Below, in pieces: positions 36,758-45,823 of a DNA stretch of 64,000 nucleotides. The stretch lies in the sequence record NC_028780.1. One strand, written 5' to 3'. Numbering within the stretch: the first letter of the stretch is position 1; every line of letters begins with the position of its first letter. Below the pieces are notes generated by a model that saw only the letters and a program-made list of their open reading frames with translations, did no database searches and had not been told where the DNA came from. The translations under genes and the position numbers were made by a program. Source of the stretch: Escherichia phage slur07.

Positions 36758-37596
36758 TTCAATTCGTAATTCCAAGTTATCAGCGTGTAGGGGCAGTTTC
36801 TGCCCTTGATATGTTTCCGACTGATTATGAACCGCATATTGTAGTGCGTGAACACGAAGAAAAAGCTTATTATGATGCCTATGGGTCTAGAGCTAAAATT
36901 ATAACTATTCCTGATGATGTAAACGGAATTGCCGGTACTCGTAAAGCAATTACTGATATGTATGCAGGTCAACGAATCTGGATGATTGACGATGATACTA
37001 CTATTCGTATGAGTTCAATGCGAAAAAGAGATGACCGTCGTTGTGTAGATAAAGTCAATCAATTAACCCGTGAACAGTTCTATGAATTGATTCAATACGT
37101 CGAAGATGCCATGGATTGTGGGTATTATCATGGTCATGCTCGTCTACCTATTTTTAAAATTACTTCATCTTGGGGTAATTATCGTGAAAATTCATATGGA
37201 TTCACGAATACATGGTATGACCTTGGAAAACTTACAACAGAACAAATTGGGTATGGAAAAATTGATTTATGCGAAGATATGTATGCATTTCTCAATTTAA
37301 TTAATCAAGGTTATCCGCATTTGGCCTTGTTCAAATATCTGGTTGTATCTGGAAAAGCACAAGCTCCTGGCGGATGTAGTTCAATTCGTAGTAATTCTAA
37401 ACATAATAGAGCGCTTGAACAAATCAATAGAGAGTTTCCAGAGCAAGCTCGTTGGAAAACTTCTAATATTGAAAAACGAAAATCGTTGGGTGAAGAAGAC
37501 GAGCCATTAAAGGTTCTTCGCATGTGTGTTTCTCGTAAAGAAAAATCAGAAGCATTTCATAAGTTTAATGCTATTCATCCAATAGCAGTTGATTAA
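36754..37596 (+). CDS. putative DNA glycosyltransferase (DxD motif), at the T4 beta-gt locus
   Basis: 280 aa from ATG 36754 (ATGA-coupled to 42); DxD motif in IWMIDDDTTIR; not the T4 beta-gt (351 aa) as far as I can recall its sequence. Confidence 0.5.
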   Translation: MIQFVIPSYQRVGAVSALDMFPTDYEPHIVVREHEEKAYYDAYGSRAKIITIPDDVNGIAGTRKAITDMYAGQRIWMIDDDTTIRMSSMRKRDDRRCVDKVNQLTREQFYELIQYVEDAMDCGYYHGHARLPIFKITSSWGNYRENSYGFTNTWYDLGKLTTEQIGYGKIDLCEDMYAFLNLINQGYPHLALFKYLVVSGKAQAPGGCSSIRSNSKHNRALEQINREFPEQARWKTSNIEKRKSLGEEDEPLKVLRMCVSRKEKSEAFHKFNAIHPIAVD

Positions 37597-37673
37597 TGCC
37601 TAAATTTATTGTGTTATAATTACTCTATCTTTAACCAGTGAGGAAAATATAATGATGCCTATGGAAAAAATGA

Positions 37674-38855
37674 ATGTCTATTGCAGATTTAAAATCCCGT
37701 TTGATTAAAGCTTCCACTTCTAAAATGACTGCTGAACTGACTACATCTAAATTCTTTAATGAAAAGGATGTAATCCGTACAAAAATCCCAATGCTTAATA
37801 TTGCTATTTCTGGTGCGATTGATGGCGGTATGCAGTCTGGTTTAACTATTTTCGCAGGGCCTTCTAAACACTTTAAATCAAATATGTCTTTGACTATGGT
37901 TGCGGCATATTTGAACAAATATCCTGACGCGGTTTGTCTATTCTATGATAGCGAATTTGGTATTACTCCAGCTTATTTGCGATCCATGGGAGTTGACCCG
38001 GAACGAGTAATTCATACGCCAATTCAGTCAGTTGAACAGCTGAAAATTGATATGGTGAACCAGCTTGAAGCTATTGAGCGTGGTGAAAAGGTTATTGTAT
38101 TCATCGACTCAATCGGTAATATGGCTTCTAAGAAAGAAACTGAAGATGCCTTGAATGAAAAATCTGTGGCAGATATGACTCGTGCTAAATCACTGAAGTC
38201 ATTATTCCGTATTGTTACTCCTTATTTTAGCATTAAAAATATTCCGTGCGTTGCGGTTAACCATACAATTGAAACCATTGAAATGTTTAGTAAAACCGTG
38301 ATGACAGGTGGTACAGGCGTAATGTATTCGGCTGATACTGTATTCATTATCGGTAAGCGTCAGATTAAAGATGGTTCTGATCTTCAGGGGTATCAATTTG
38401 TTCTAAATGTAGAAAAATCTCGTACCGTTAAAGAAAAAAGTAAATTCTTTATTGATGTTAAATTTGACGGTGGTATCGATCCTTATTCTGGATTGTTAGA
38501 TATGGCTCTAGAATTAGGATTTGTAGTAAAACCTAAAAATGGCTGGTATGCTCGTGAATTTCTTGACGAAGAAACCGGCGAGATGATTCGCGAAGAAAAA
38601 TCTTGGCGTGCAAAAGATACCAACTGCACTACATTCTGGGGTCCTTTATTTAAGCATCAACCATTCCGAGATGCTATTAAACGTGCTTATCAGTTAGGTG
38701 CTATTGATAGTAATGAAATTGTTGAAGCTGAAGTTGATGAATTGATTAACTCAAAGGTTGAAAAATTTAAATCTCCAGAAAGTAAAAGTAAATCAGCAGC
38801 TGATTTAGAAACTGACCTCGAACAGTTAAGTGATATGGAAGAATTTAATGAATAA
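37674..38855 (+). CDS. uvsX: RecA-like recombinase UvsX
   Basis: 393 aa; Walker A GPSKHFKS; N-terminus close to T4 UvsX (..DLKSRLIKASTSK..). Confidence 0.9.
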   Translation: MSIADLKSRLIKASTSKMTAELTTSKFFNEKDVIRTKIPMLNIAISGAIDGGMQSGLTIFAGPSKHFKSNMSLTMVAAYLNKYPDAVCLFYDSEFGITPAYLRSMGVDPERVIHTPIQSVEQLKIDMVNQLEAIERGEKVIVFIDSIGNMASKKETEDALNEKSVADMTRAKSLKSLFRIVTPYFSIKNIPCVAVNHTIETIEMFSKTVMTGGTGVMYSADTVFIIGKRQIKDGSDLQGYQFVLNVEKSRTVKEKSKFFIDVKFDGGIDPYSGLLDMALELGFVVKPKNGWYAREFLDEETGEMIREEKSWRAKDTNCTTFWGPLFKHQPFRDAIKRAYQLGAIDSNEIVEAEVDELINSKVEKFKSPESKSKSAADLETDLEQLSDMEEFNE

Positions 38856-39192
38856 AGATGATTTAGATTTAGATCTAGAAATTATCGATGAATCCCCCTC
38901 TTCGGAGGGGGAAGAAGAAAGAAAAGAACGTCTTTTTAATGAATCTCTTAAGATAATTAAATCTGCCATGGAAAATGTTATCCAGGAGATTGTCATTAAA
39001 CTAGAAGATGGTTCTACACATATAGTGTATGTAACTAAACTGGATTGGGTTGATGGAAAGGTTGTAATGGACTTTGCTGTTCTTGACCAAGAAAGAAAAG
39101 CTGAGTTAGCTCCTCATGTAGAAAAATGTATTACAATGCAACTGCAAGATGCATTTAATAAAAGGTCAAAGAAAAAATTTAAATTCTTTTAA
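38848..39192 (+). CDS. 40: gp40-like protein (head vertex assembly chaperone position)
   Basis: about 114 aa between uvsX and 41; start uncertain (GTG 38830 or ATG 38848). Confidence 0.5.
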   Translation: MNKDDLDLDLEIIDESPSSEGEEERKERLFNESLKIIKSAMENVIQEIVIKLEDGSTHIVYVTKLDWVDGKVVMDFAVLDQERKAELAPHVEKCITMQLQDAFNKRSKKKFKFF

Positions 39193-39201
39193 GGAGTAAG
39201 T

Positions 39202-40629
39202 GTGGTAGAAATTATTCTTTCTCATCTCATATTTGATCAAGCTTATTTTTCAAAAGTTTGGCCATATATGGATTCAGAATATTTTGAAAGTGGTCCAGCT
39301 AAAAATACATTCAAATTAATTAAATCTCATGTTAATGAGTACCATAGCGTTCCATCTATTAATGCGTTAAATGTTGCATTAGAAAATAGTTCATTTACTG
39401 AAACAGAATATTCTGGTGTAAAAACACTTATTTCAAAACTGGCTGATTCTCCGGAAGACCACAGCTGGTTAGTAAAAGAAACAGAAAAATATGTTCAGCA
39501 AAGGGCGATGTTTAATGCTACGTCTAAAATAATCGAAATTCAAACTAATGCTGAGCTTCCTCCGGAAAAACGAAATAAGAAAATGCCGGACGTTGGTGCT
39601 ATTCCTGACATTATGCGACAAGCATTATCAATTTCATTTGATAGTTACGTTGGTCATGATTGGATGGATGACTACGAAGCACGTTGGCTATCTTATATGA
39701 ATAAAGCTCGTAAGGTTCCATTTAAACTCAGAATTCTAAACAAAATTACTAAAGGCGGAGCTGAGACTGGAACACTGAACGTTTTAATGGCTGGAGTTAA
39801 CGTTGGTAAGTCATTAGGATTGTGTTCATTGGCAGCAGATTATTTGCAGCTCGGACATAATGTTCTTTACATTTCCATGGAAATGGCAGAAGAAGTCTGT
39901 GCTAAGCGTATTGATGCTAATATGCTTGATGTTTCTCTTGATGATATTGATGATGGGCATATTTCTTACGCTGAATATAAAGGAAAAATGGAAAAATGGC
40001 GTGAGAAATCTACCCTTGGTCGTTTAATCGTTAAGCAATATCCTACTGGTGGAGCAGACGCTAATACATTTCGATCACTTTTAAATGAATTAAAGCTCAA
40101 GAAGAATTTTGTTCCAACAATCATTATTGTCGACTATCTAGGTATTTGTAAATCTTGCCGCATCAGAGTTTACTCAGAAAATAGTTACACAACTGTTAAA
40201 GCTATCGCAGAGGAATTGCGTGCTCTGGCTGTTGAAACCGAAACTGTTCTTTGGACTGCAGCACAGGTCGGTAAACAAGCTTGGGACTCTTCCGATGTTA
40301 ACATGAGCGATATTGCAGAATCTGCTGGTCTTCCAGCAACAGCTGATTTTATGCTTGCGGTCATTGAAACCGAGGAGCTAGCAGCTGCTGAACAACAACT
40401 CATTAAGCAAATCAAATCACGATATGGCGATAAGAATAAGTGGAATAAGTTTTTAATGGGTGTTCAAAAGGGAAATCAGAAATGGGTAGAAATTGAACAA
40501 GATTCTACTCCAACTGAAGTGAGTGAAGTAGCAGGTTCACAACAGATTCAGGCTGAACAGAATCGCTATCAAAGAAACGAATCAGCTCGAGCTCAGTTAG
40601 ATGCTTTGGCAAATGAATTAAAATTTTAG
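39202..40629 (+). CDS. 41: replicative DNA helicase gp41 (DnaB-like)
   Basis: 475 aa (T4 gp41 length); GTG start with SD aaggag; Walker A GVNVGKS. Confidence 0.9.
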   Translation: MVEIILSHLIFDQAYFSKVWPYMDSEYFESGPAKNTFKLIKSHVNEYHSVPSINALNVALENSSFTETEYSGVKTLISKLADSPEDHSWLVKETEKYVQQRAMFNATSKIIEIQTNAELPPEKRNKKMPDVGAIPDIMRQALSISFDSYVGHDWMDDYEARWLSYMNKARKVPFKLRILNKITKGGAETGTLNVLMAGVNVGKSLGLCSLAADYLQLGHNVLYISMEMAEEVCAKRIDANMLDVSLDDIDDGHISYAEYKGKMEKWREKSTLGRLIVKQYPTGGADANTFRSLLNELKLKKNFVPTIIIVDYLGICKSCRIRVYSENSYTTVKAIAEELRALAVETETVLWTAAQVGKQAWDSSDVNMSDIAESAGLPATADFMLAVIETEELAAAEQQLIKQIKSRYGDKNKWNKFLMGVQKGNQKWVEIEQDSTPTEVSEVAGSQQIQAEQNRYQRNESARAQLDALANELKF

Positions 40630-40666
40630 TTTACAAGCTGACAAGACTATGGTATAGTAGTCTTGT
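40629..40666 (+). promoter_or_regulatory. T4-type early promoter with stem-loop around the -10
   Basis: GTTTAC 40629-40634, TATAGT 40653-40658; inverted repeat ACAAGAC 40641-40647 / GTCTTGT 40660-40666. Confidence 0.65.
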
Positions 40667-40687
40667 TGGTTAAATGAGGAGATTGTT

Positions 40688-40870
40688 ATGGAATTGGTAA
40701 AGGTAGTTTTTATGGGGTGGTTTAAGAATGAAAGCATGTTTACTAAAGAAATCACAATGATGAAAGATGACGTTCAATGGGCTACTACTCAATATGCTGA
40801 AGTTAATAAAGCATTAGTTGAAGCTTTCATTGATGACAAGAAAGTATGTGAAGTGGATTGCCGAGGATAA
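40688..40870 (+). CDS. dmd: Dmd-like antitoxin (61.5 position)
   Basis: 60 aa (T4 Dmd length) immediately downstream of gene 41, own early promoter. Confidence 0.5.
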   Translation: MELVKVVFMGWFKNESMFTKEITMMKDDVQWATTQYAEVNKALVEAFIDDKKVCEVDCRG

Positions 40871-40871
40871 T

Positions 40872-41129
40872 ATGCATATTGTTTTATTTAAACCTACTCC
40901 GTATAACGTCAGGAAAAATACACAATTTAAAGCACTTATTGCAGATACGTGGGAATTGGTGTTAGATATTCCAGCAGAAGAAAGTCCTCCATTTGGTCGA
41001 GTGGAATTTATTAAGTTTGCTGTACGTCCTACGAAGCGACAGATTCGTCAGTGTAAAAGGTATTTTCGTAAGATCGTTAAGCTAGAGAAACAGTTTGTAA
41101 CATGTGATTACGCAGAAGTTTTAAAATAA
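40872..41129 (+). CDS. hypothetical protein (61.4 position)
   Basis: 85 aa from ATG 40872 (SD gagg). Confidence 0.4.
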   Translation: MHIVLFKPTPYNVRKNTQFKALIADTWELVLDIPAEESPPFGRVEFIKFAVRPTKRQIRQCKRYFRKIVKLEKQFVTCDYAEVLK

Positions 41130-41131
41130 CT

Positions 41132-41161
41132 GTTTACTTTTGTTGGAAATTGAGATACTAT
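41132..41161 (+). promoter_or_regulatory. T4-type early promoter
   Basis: GTTTAC 41132-41137, 18 nt, TACTAT 41156-41161. Confidence 0.6.
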
Positions 41162-41189
41162 ATAAACATAAACTACTGAGGAGATTATC

Positions 41190-41483
41190 ATGAAAAAATT
41201 TATCTTTGCCACAATTTTTGCTTTAGCTTCTTGTGCTGCTCAGCCTGCTATGGCAGGTTATGATAAAGATTTGTGCGAATGGTCTATGACTGCTGATCAG
41301 ACTGAGGTTGAAACTCAAATTGAAGCAGATATTATGAATATCGTTGAGCGCGATCGCCCTGAAATGAAAGCTGAAGTGCAAAAACAGCTTAAGTCTGGTG
41401 GTGTAATGCAGTATAATTATGTTCTGTATTGCGATAAAAACTTTAATAATAAAAATATCATCGCTGAAGTGGTAGGTGAGTAA
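41190..41483 (+). CDS. sp: secreted periplasmic protein, spackle (Sp)-like
   Basis: 97 aa (T4 Sp length) with cleavable signal peptide MKKFIFATIFALASCAAQPAMA; position upstream of 61. Confidence 0.45.
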   Translation: MKKFIFATIFALASCAAQPAMAGYDKDLCEWSMTADQTEVETQIEADIMNIVERDRPEMKAEVQKQLKSGGVMQYNYVLYCDKNFNNKNIIAEVVGE

Positions 41484-41495
41484 TTAGAGGTTAAT

Positions 41496-41852
41496 ATGTA
41501 TAGTTCTGAATTTTCATATTTAAAAATGGAAAAAATTTCATACGATTTTATAGATGAAAAGGTTTATTACAGTTTCCATGAACCACGTTTTAATAGTGAG
41601 GTTGGGTTTATTGTAGTAAAAGATAATTTTATTTTAAAAATATATTCAGCATTAAAGGATTTTCATTACGAAAATATTAACCTAAAATTTAATAAAGAAA
41701 ACGTTCGTAATTGCGCAGTAACAATTACAGGAAATAAAGGTACATGTGTTATGCTATCTGATGAAATTAATGATTTGCTAAATGATGCAGAAAATATTAC
41801 TGCACCATCTATTGATGACCAAATTTTTAATGCTTTTATGAATAGAGGTTAA
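41496..41852 (+). CDS. hypothetical protein (61.2 position)
   Basis: 118 aa ORF. Confidence 0.4.
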   Translation: MYSSEFSYLKMEKISYDFIDEKVYYSFHEPRFNSEVGFIVVKDNFILKIYSALKDFHYENINLKFNKENVRNCAVTITGNKGTCVMLSDEINDLLNDAENITAPSIDDQIFNAFMNRG

Positions 41853-41853
41853 T

Positions 41854-42018
41854 ATGAAAACATATAAAGAATTTATCAAAGAAGATATGGTAGCTGGAGA
41901 TTCAGGTGGTAATCCTGAAAATATCTCTACTGGAACAACGTCAGGCGCTGTAGTAAATAAAGGTCCTGAACAGATTCCTAAAAAGAAAAAAGAGGAATCT
42001 AAAGAAAAAGAAGAGTAA
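41854..42018 (+). CDS. small protein with internal-protein-like capsid targeting sequence
   Basis: 54 aa ORF not in track; N-terminus MKTYKEFIKE resembles T4 IPIII CTS MKTYQEFIAE; remainder low-complexity Lys/Glu-rich. Confidence 0.4.
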   Translation: MKTYKEFIKEDMVAGDSGGNPENISTGTTSGAVVNKGPEQIPKKKKEESKEKEE

Positions 42019-42020
42019 AA

Positions 42021-43049
42021 ATGTCATCAATACCTTGGATTGATAATGAGTTTGCATACCGTGCATTAGCTCATTTACCTAAATTCACACAAGTAAATAA
42101 TAGTTCAACTTTTAAATTACGGTTTAGATGTCCTGTTTGTGGAGATTCAAAAACCGACCAGAATAAAGCTCGTGGATGGTATTATGGTGATAATAATGAA
42201 GGAAATATTCATTGTTATAACTGTAACTATCATGCACCAATCGGAATATATTTAAAGGAGTTTGAACCTGATTTATATCGTGAGTATATCTTTGAAATAA
42301 GAAAAGAAAAAGGTAAAAGTCGTCCAGTAGAAAAACCTAAAGAACTTCCTAAACAACCTGAGAAGAAAATAATTAAATCTCTTCCGTCATGTGTTAGATT
42401 AGATAAACTGGCGGAAGACCATCCAATTATAAAATATGTAAAAGCTCGTTGTATTCCAAAGGATAAATGGAAATATCTTTGGTTTACAACCGAATGGCCT
42501 AAATTAGTTAATAGTATAGCACCCGGAACATATAAAAAGGAAATACCTGAGCCTCGTCTTGTTATTCCAATTTATAATGCTAATGGAAAAGCTGAGTCTT
42601 TTCAAGGACGTGCATTAAAGAAAGATGCTCCTCAAAAATATATAACCATCAAAGCTTATCCTGAGGCAACAAAAATCTATGGAGTCGAACGAGTTAAAGA
42701 TGGTGATGTATATGTTCTAGAAGGACCTATAGATTCACTTTTTATTGAAAATGGTATAGCTATTACGGGTGGTCAATTAGACCTAGAAGTTGTTCCATTT
42801 AAAGATAGACGTGTGTGGGTTTTAGATAATGAACCTCGTCATCCTGACACTATTAAGCGAATGACTAAATTAGTTGATGCAGGAGAAAGGGTTATGTTTT
42901 GGGATAAATCTCCCTGGAAATCAAAAGATGTTAATGATATGATTAGAAAGGAAGGTGCAACCCCTGAACAAATTATGGAATATATGAAAAATAATATTGC
43001 CCAGGGGTTGATGGCTAAAATGCGGTTATCTAAATATGCTAAGATTTAA
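42021..43049 (+). CDS. 61: DNA primase gp61
   Basis: 342 aa (T4 gp61 length); N-terminal zinc ribbon CPVCG...CYNC; TOPRIM EGPIDSLF. Confidence 0.9.
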   Translation: MSSIPWIDNEFAYRALAHLPKFTQVNNSSTFKLRFRCPVCGDSKTDQNKARGWYYGDNNEGNIHCYNCNYHAPIGIYLKEFEPDLYREYIFEIRKEKGKSRPVEKPKELPKQPEKKIIKSLPSCVRLDKLAEDHPIIKYVKARCIPKDKWKYLWFTTEWPKLVNSIAPGTYKKEIPEPRLVIPIYNANGKAESFQGRALKKDAPQKYITIKAYPEATKIYGVERVKDGDVYVLEGPIDSLFIENGIAITGGQLDLEVVPFKDRRVWVLDNEPRHPDTIKRMTKLVDAGERVMFWDKSPWKSKDVNDMIRKEGATPEQIMEYMKNNIAQGLMAKMRLSKYAKI

Positions 43050-43246
43050 ATTAACCCAACTAAAGCAAATGCTAAATCTACGAATGTATCAAGAGTAACT
43101 ACTGGAATATTAATACCATGTGCAATTGCAACAGGTGATAAAATAAAGTTCCAGAGTAAAATTCCTACCATAGCAGAAATAGTAAAAGCTATACGTTTCT
43201 TATTACCTTTTATGGCATTAACAAGTGCCATTAATTTTTGTACCAT
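43046..43246 (-). CDS. antisense small membrane protein
   Basis: 66 aa minus-strand ORF, strong SD (ggagg 5 nt before ATG), two hydrophobic helices; occupies the 61-56 gap. Confidence 0.45.
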   Translation of the reverse strand: MVQKLMALVNAIKGNKKRIAFTISAMVGILLWNFILSPVAIAHGINIPVVTLDTFVDLAFALVGLI

Positions 43247-43259
43247 ATGTCCTCCTTAT

Positions 43260-43283
43260 TGCTTTATATATTTATTGTATAAT
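43260..43283 (+). promoter_or_regulatory. putative MotA-dependent middle promoter for gene 56
   Basis: TGCTTTA 43260-43266, 11 nt, TATAAT 43278-43283. Confidence 0.55.
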
Positions 43284-43317
43284 TAATCTACTAACCCATG
43301 AATTGAAAGGAAAAATA

Positions 43318-43836
43318 ATGGCTCACTTTAATGAATGTGCTCATTTGATCGAAGGTGTTGATAAAGCAAATCGTGCATATGCTGAGTATATTATGCACAG
43401 TATTGACCCATTGCAGGTTATGCTTGACATGCAGCGGCATTTACAGATTCGTTTGGCTAATGATAAACCAGAAACAAATCGTCATCCTGATTCACTTGAA
43501 ACTGCAGGAGAAGTTCTTGCTTGGCTGCGAAACCAAGACGATTATATCGCAGATGAAACTCGCGAGCTATATACTTCTCTTGGTGGTATGAGTAATGGTG
43601 AAAAAGAAGCTTCTGCCGTATGGAAACCTTGGAAGAAACGTTATTCTGAAATGCAATCCAAGAAAATTCAAGACTTATCTCCTGAAGATCAACTTGAAAT
43701 TAAATTTGAACTGATTGATCAATTTCACTTTTTCATGAATAAATTCATTGCTCTTGGAATGTCAGCTGAAGAAATATTTAAACTTTATTATCTGAAAAAT
43801 GCTGAAAACTTCGCTCGTCAAGACAGAGGCTATTAA
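43318..43836 (+). CDS. 56: dCTP pyrophosphatase gp56 (MazG-like)
   Basis: 172 aa from ATG 43318 (MAHFNECAHLIEG...); track start 43225 rejected because it runs through the promoter. Confidence 0.75.
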   Translation: MAHFNECAHLIEGVDKANRAYAEYIMHSIDPLQVMLDMQRHLQIRLANDKPETNRHPDSLETAGEVLAWLRNQDDYIADETRELYTSLGGMSNGEKEASAVWKPWKKRYSEMQSKKIQDLSPEDQLEIKFELIDQFHFFMNKFIALGMSAEEIFKLYYLKNAENFARQDRGY

Positions 43837-44039
43837 TGGCTCGTTTAAATAAACGTCAGCTTAAGAAAGCCCGCAAGAAACGTATTGACCAGCTATTTAA
43901 AGATTATGACAAGGAGCTCGTATGTGAGTTCTTATCTAATCAGCTTCGCAAAGCTTACACAATTAAAACTGGGCATATACCATTAGGCAAGTGGGTACAT
44001 GAAGAAGCCTTAAAATTAATTATAGAGCATTCAAAATGA
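43836..44039 (+). CDS. hypothetical basic protein
   Basis: 67 aa; ATGA-coupled. Confidence 0.4.
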   Translation: MARLNKRQLKKARKKRIDQLFKDYDKELVCEFLSNQLRKAYTIKTGHIPLGKWVHEEALKLIIEHSK

Positions 44040-44245
44040 AATTTAATTTTTATGCATGGCAAAAAGCCGGGAGACCGGCTAGTCGAGCATTTGGTTCTGA
44101 TGGATATAATATTAGAGCCCATTGGAAATTTAATGCTCCAGACGATTATTCTCCGGTAATTATTAACGGCGATGTTGTTATATTAACTAAAATTGGATAT
44201 TTTACCGTTCCGCGAGAATTTATTATAAATAATCATGTAATTTAA
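44036..44245 (+). CDS. hypothetical protein
   Basis: 69 aa; ATGA-coupled. Confidence 0.4.
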   Translation: MKFNFYAWQKAGRPASRAFGSDGYNIRAHWKFNAPDDYSPVIINGDVVILTKIGYFTVPREFIINNHVI

Positions 44246-44261
44246 ATAAAAGGAGAATTAC

Positions 44262-44507
44262 ATGGCTAGTACTCGCGGTTATGTTAATATCAAAACATTT
44301 GAGCAGAAATTAGATGGAAATAAGAAAATTGAAGGAAAGGAAATTTCCGTAGCTTTCCCTCTTTATTCTGACGTTCACAAAATTTCTGGCGCTCATTACC
44401 AGACATTCCCTTCAGAAAAAGCAGCATATTCTACAGTATATGAAGAAAATCAACGTACTGAATGGATTGCTGCAAATGAAGATTTGTGGAAAGTAACTGG
44501 TGAATAA
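44262..44507 (+). CDS. soc: small outer capsid protein Soc
   Basis: 81 aa; sequence recognised as T4 Soc (MASTRGYVNIKTFEQKLDGNKKIEGKEISVAFPLYSDVHKISGAHYQTF...). Confidence 0.8.
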   Translation: MASTRGYVNIKTFEQKLDGNKKIEGKEISVAFPLYSDVHKISGAHYQTFPSEKAAYSTVYEENQRTEWIAANEDLWKVTGE

Positions 44508-44513
44508 ATTCAA

Positions 44514-44537
44514 GGACTCCTTCGGGAGTCCTTTTTT
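44514..44537 (+). terminator. rho-independent terminator
   Basis: ggactcc-ttcg-ggagtcc hairpin followed by T6. Confidence 0.8.
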
Positions 44538-44547
44538 CATTTAAACG

Positions 44548-44577
44548 GTTTACTTTCCAAAATGAGTATGGTATAAT
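44548..44577 (+). promoter_or_regulatory. T4-type early promoter
   Basis: GTTTAC 44548-44553, 18 nt, TGGTATAAT (-10 44572-44577). Confidence 0.7.
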
Positions 44578-44603
44578 AGAATTATCTTATAGAGGAGAGC
44601 ACT

Positions 44604-44810
44604 ATGTTAAATCGTTGGATTAAACCAAATGAAGATTTAGATATTATCATTTCACGGCATGTAATGAAGAAATATGAACTGCAACCATGGTCTACAGAAG
44701 TTGTTGTTCATTCATTTATGATGTACGCAGATGGTTCTGTCGAATTTAATGCAGAAATTCGATATGATTATGGCGAAAAGCAAGTCGAATTCAAGAGAGG
44801 CTTTTTGTAA
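44604..44810 (+). CDS. hypothetical protein
   Basis: 68 aa ORF downstream of early promoter. Confidence 0.4.
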   Translation: MLNRWIKPNEDLDIIISRHVMKKYELQPWSTEVVVHSFMMYADGSVEFNAEIRYDYGEKQVEFKRGFL

Positions 44811-45151
44811 TGTTTATCTTTAATTGGTTTAAAAGTTTCTTTACAGATTTTTTCTCTACAACTCCGGGAGAAGGTGTAGTTCCTATTTCAAATGACTATC
44901 TTCCTTTAACTGTAGTTGAATATGTTTATATGGGAGATGGAACAGTAGAAGCAGTTACTATGACTTATGAAGAAGCCCAAGAATATTATAAAAATCCTTG
45001 GCGCTGGTCAGTACCTACTACATCATCTAATGCACAGAATACACAGTCTAGTTCTGATTCATATGACACCAATGTTCCTGTTCATGTATGGGCAGGTGAT
45101 TCATGTGGAAGTTCTTGTGATTCTAGTTGTTCATCTACATCTTGTGATTGA
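44810..45151 (+). CDS. hypothetical protein with Cys/Ser-rich C-terminal tail
   Basis: 113 aa; C-terminus [18 protein letters not shown]. Confidence 0.4.
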   Translation: MFIFNWFKSFFTDFFSTTPGEGVVPISNDYLPLTVVEYVYMGDGTVEAVTMTYEEAQEYYKNPWRWSVPTTSSNAQNTQSSSDSYDTNVPVHVWAGDSCGSSCDSSCSSTSCD

Positions 45152-45159
45152 GGAAAATT

Positions 45160-45645
45160 ATGGAAGCGATTTTGTTTGAAATGTATATTAGCAGTAATAG
45201 CATGTCGTTTGCTAAAGATGTTCCAATTACTGTAGCCGTAGTGATTGATAAGGGTTATTGTAACCCTATGTATCTCGTAGAAAATTTCGTTTCAATGCCA
45301 GTTCCAGAAGATGTTGAAATAAAACTTAAAAAGATCGGAATTATTGAAACTGTGCCAAATAGTCCGTTTAGAGCAATTGAAGCATTTACTAAATCCGAAT
45401 ACATTAATGTTAGCGCAGAACAATATAATGGTAATCCTTTATCTTTTTATTCGTACGATTCAGTATATGACTGGAAAATAAATGAAGGAAATAAATTTAT
45501 AATTGCGAGTGAAGATGCTTTATCATACTTTATTTATTATGTATGGAATAATTTAAATCCAAAATTGCTAAAAATTCATGAATTTGACGATGCTCCTACT
45601 ATTGTTTTAGGTAAAACAAATGAAAGTTCTGAAGAAAATGCTTGA
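45160..45645 (+). CDS. hypothetical protein
   Basis: 161 aa from ATG 45160 (TGAGGAAAATTATG context). Confidence 0.45.
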   Translation: MEAILFEMYISSNSMSFAKDVPITVAVVIDKGYCNPMYLVENFVSMPVPEDVEIKLKKIGIIETVPNSPFRAIEAFTKSEYINVSAEQYNGNPLSFYSYDSVYDWKINEGNKFIIASEDALSYFIYYVWNNLNPKLLKIHEFDDAPTIVLGKTNESSEENA

Positions 45646-45823
45646 ATGGTTCAATAGACCAAACTCAATGTATATTGACGATGGTTGGGTTGAACAGGCA
45701 AATAAAGAAATGCAGAACGAATCGGAAGAATGGATGAAATCTATGATTAAAGCTGAGCAAGAAAAGAAATTAGAACGCTCAGCGCTTAAATTGATGAGAG
45801 ATATCTATGGGGATAAATCATGA
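45620..45823 (+). CDS. hypothetical protein
   Basis: 67 aa; start uncertain (45620 or 45638). Confidence 0.35.
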   Translation: MKVLKKMLEWFNRPNSMYIDDGWVEQANKEMQNESEEWMKSMIKAEQEKKLERSALKLMRDIYGDKS

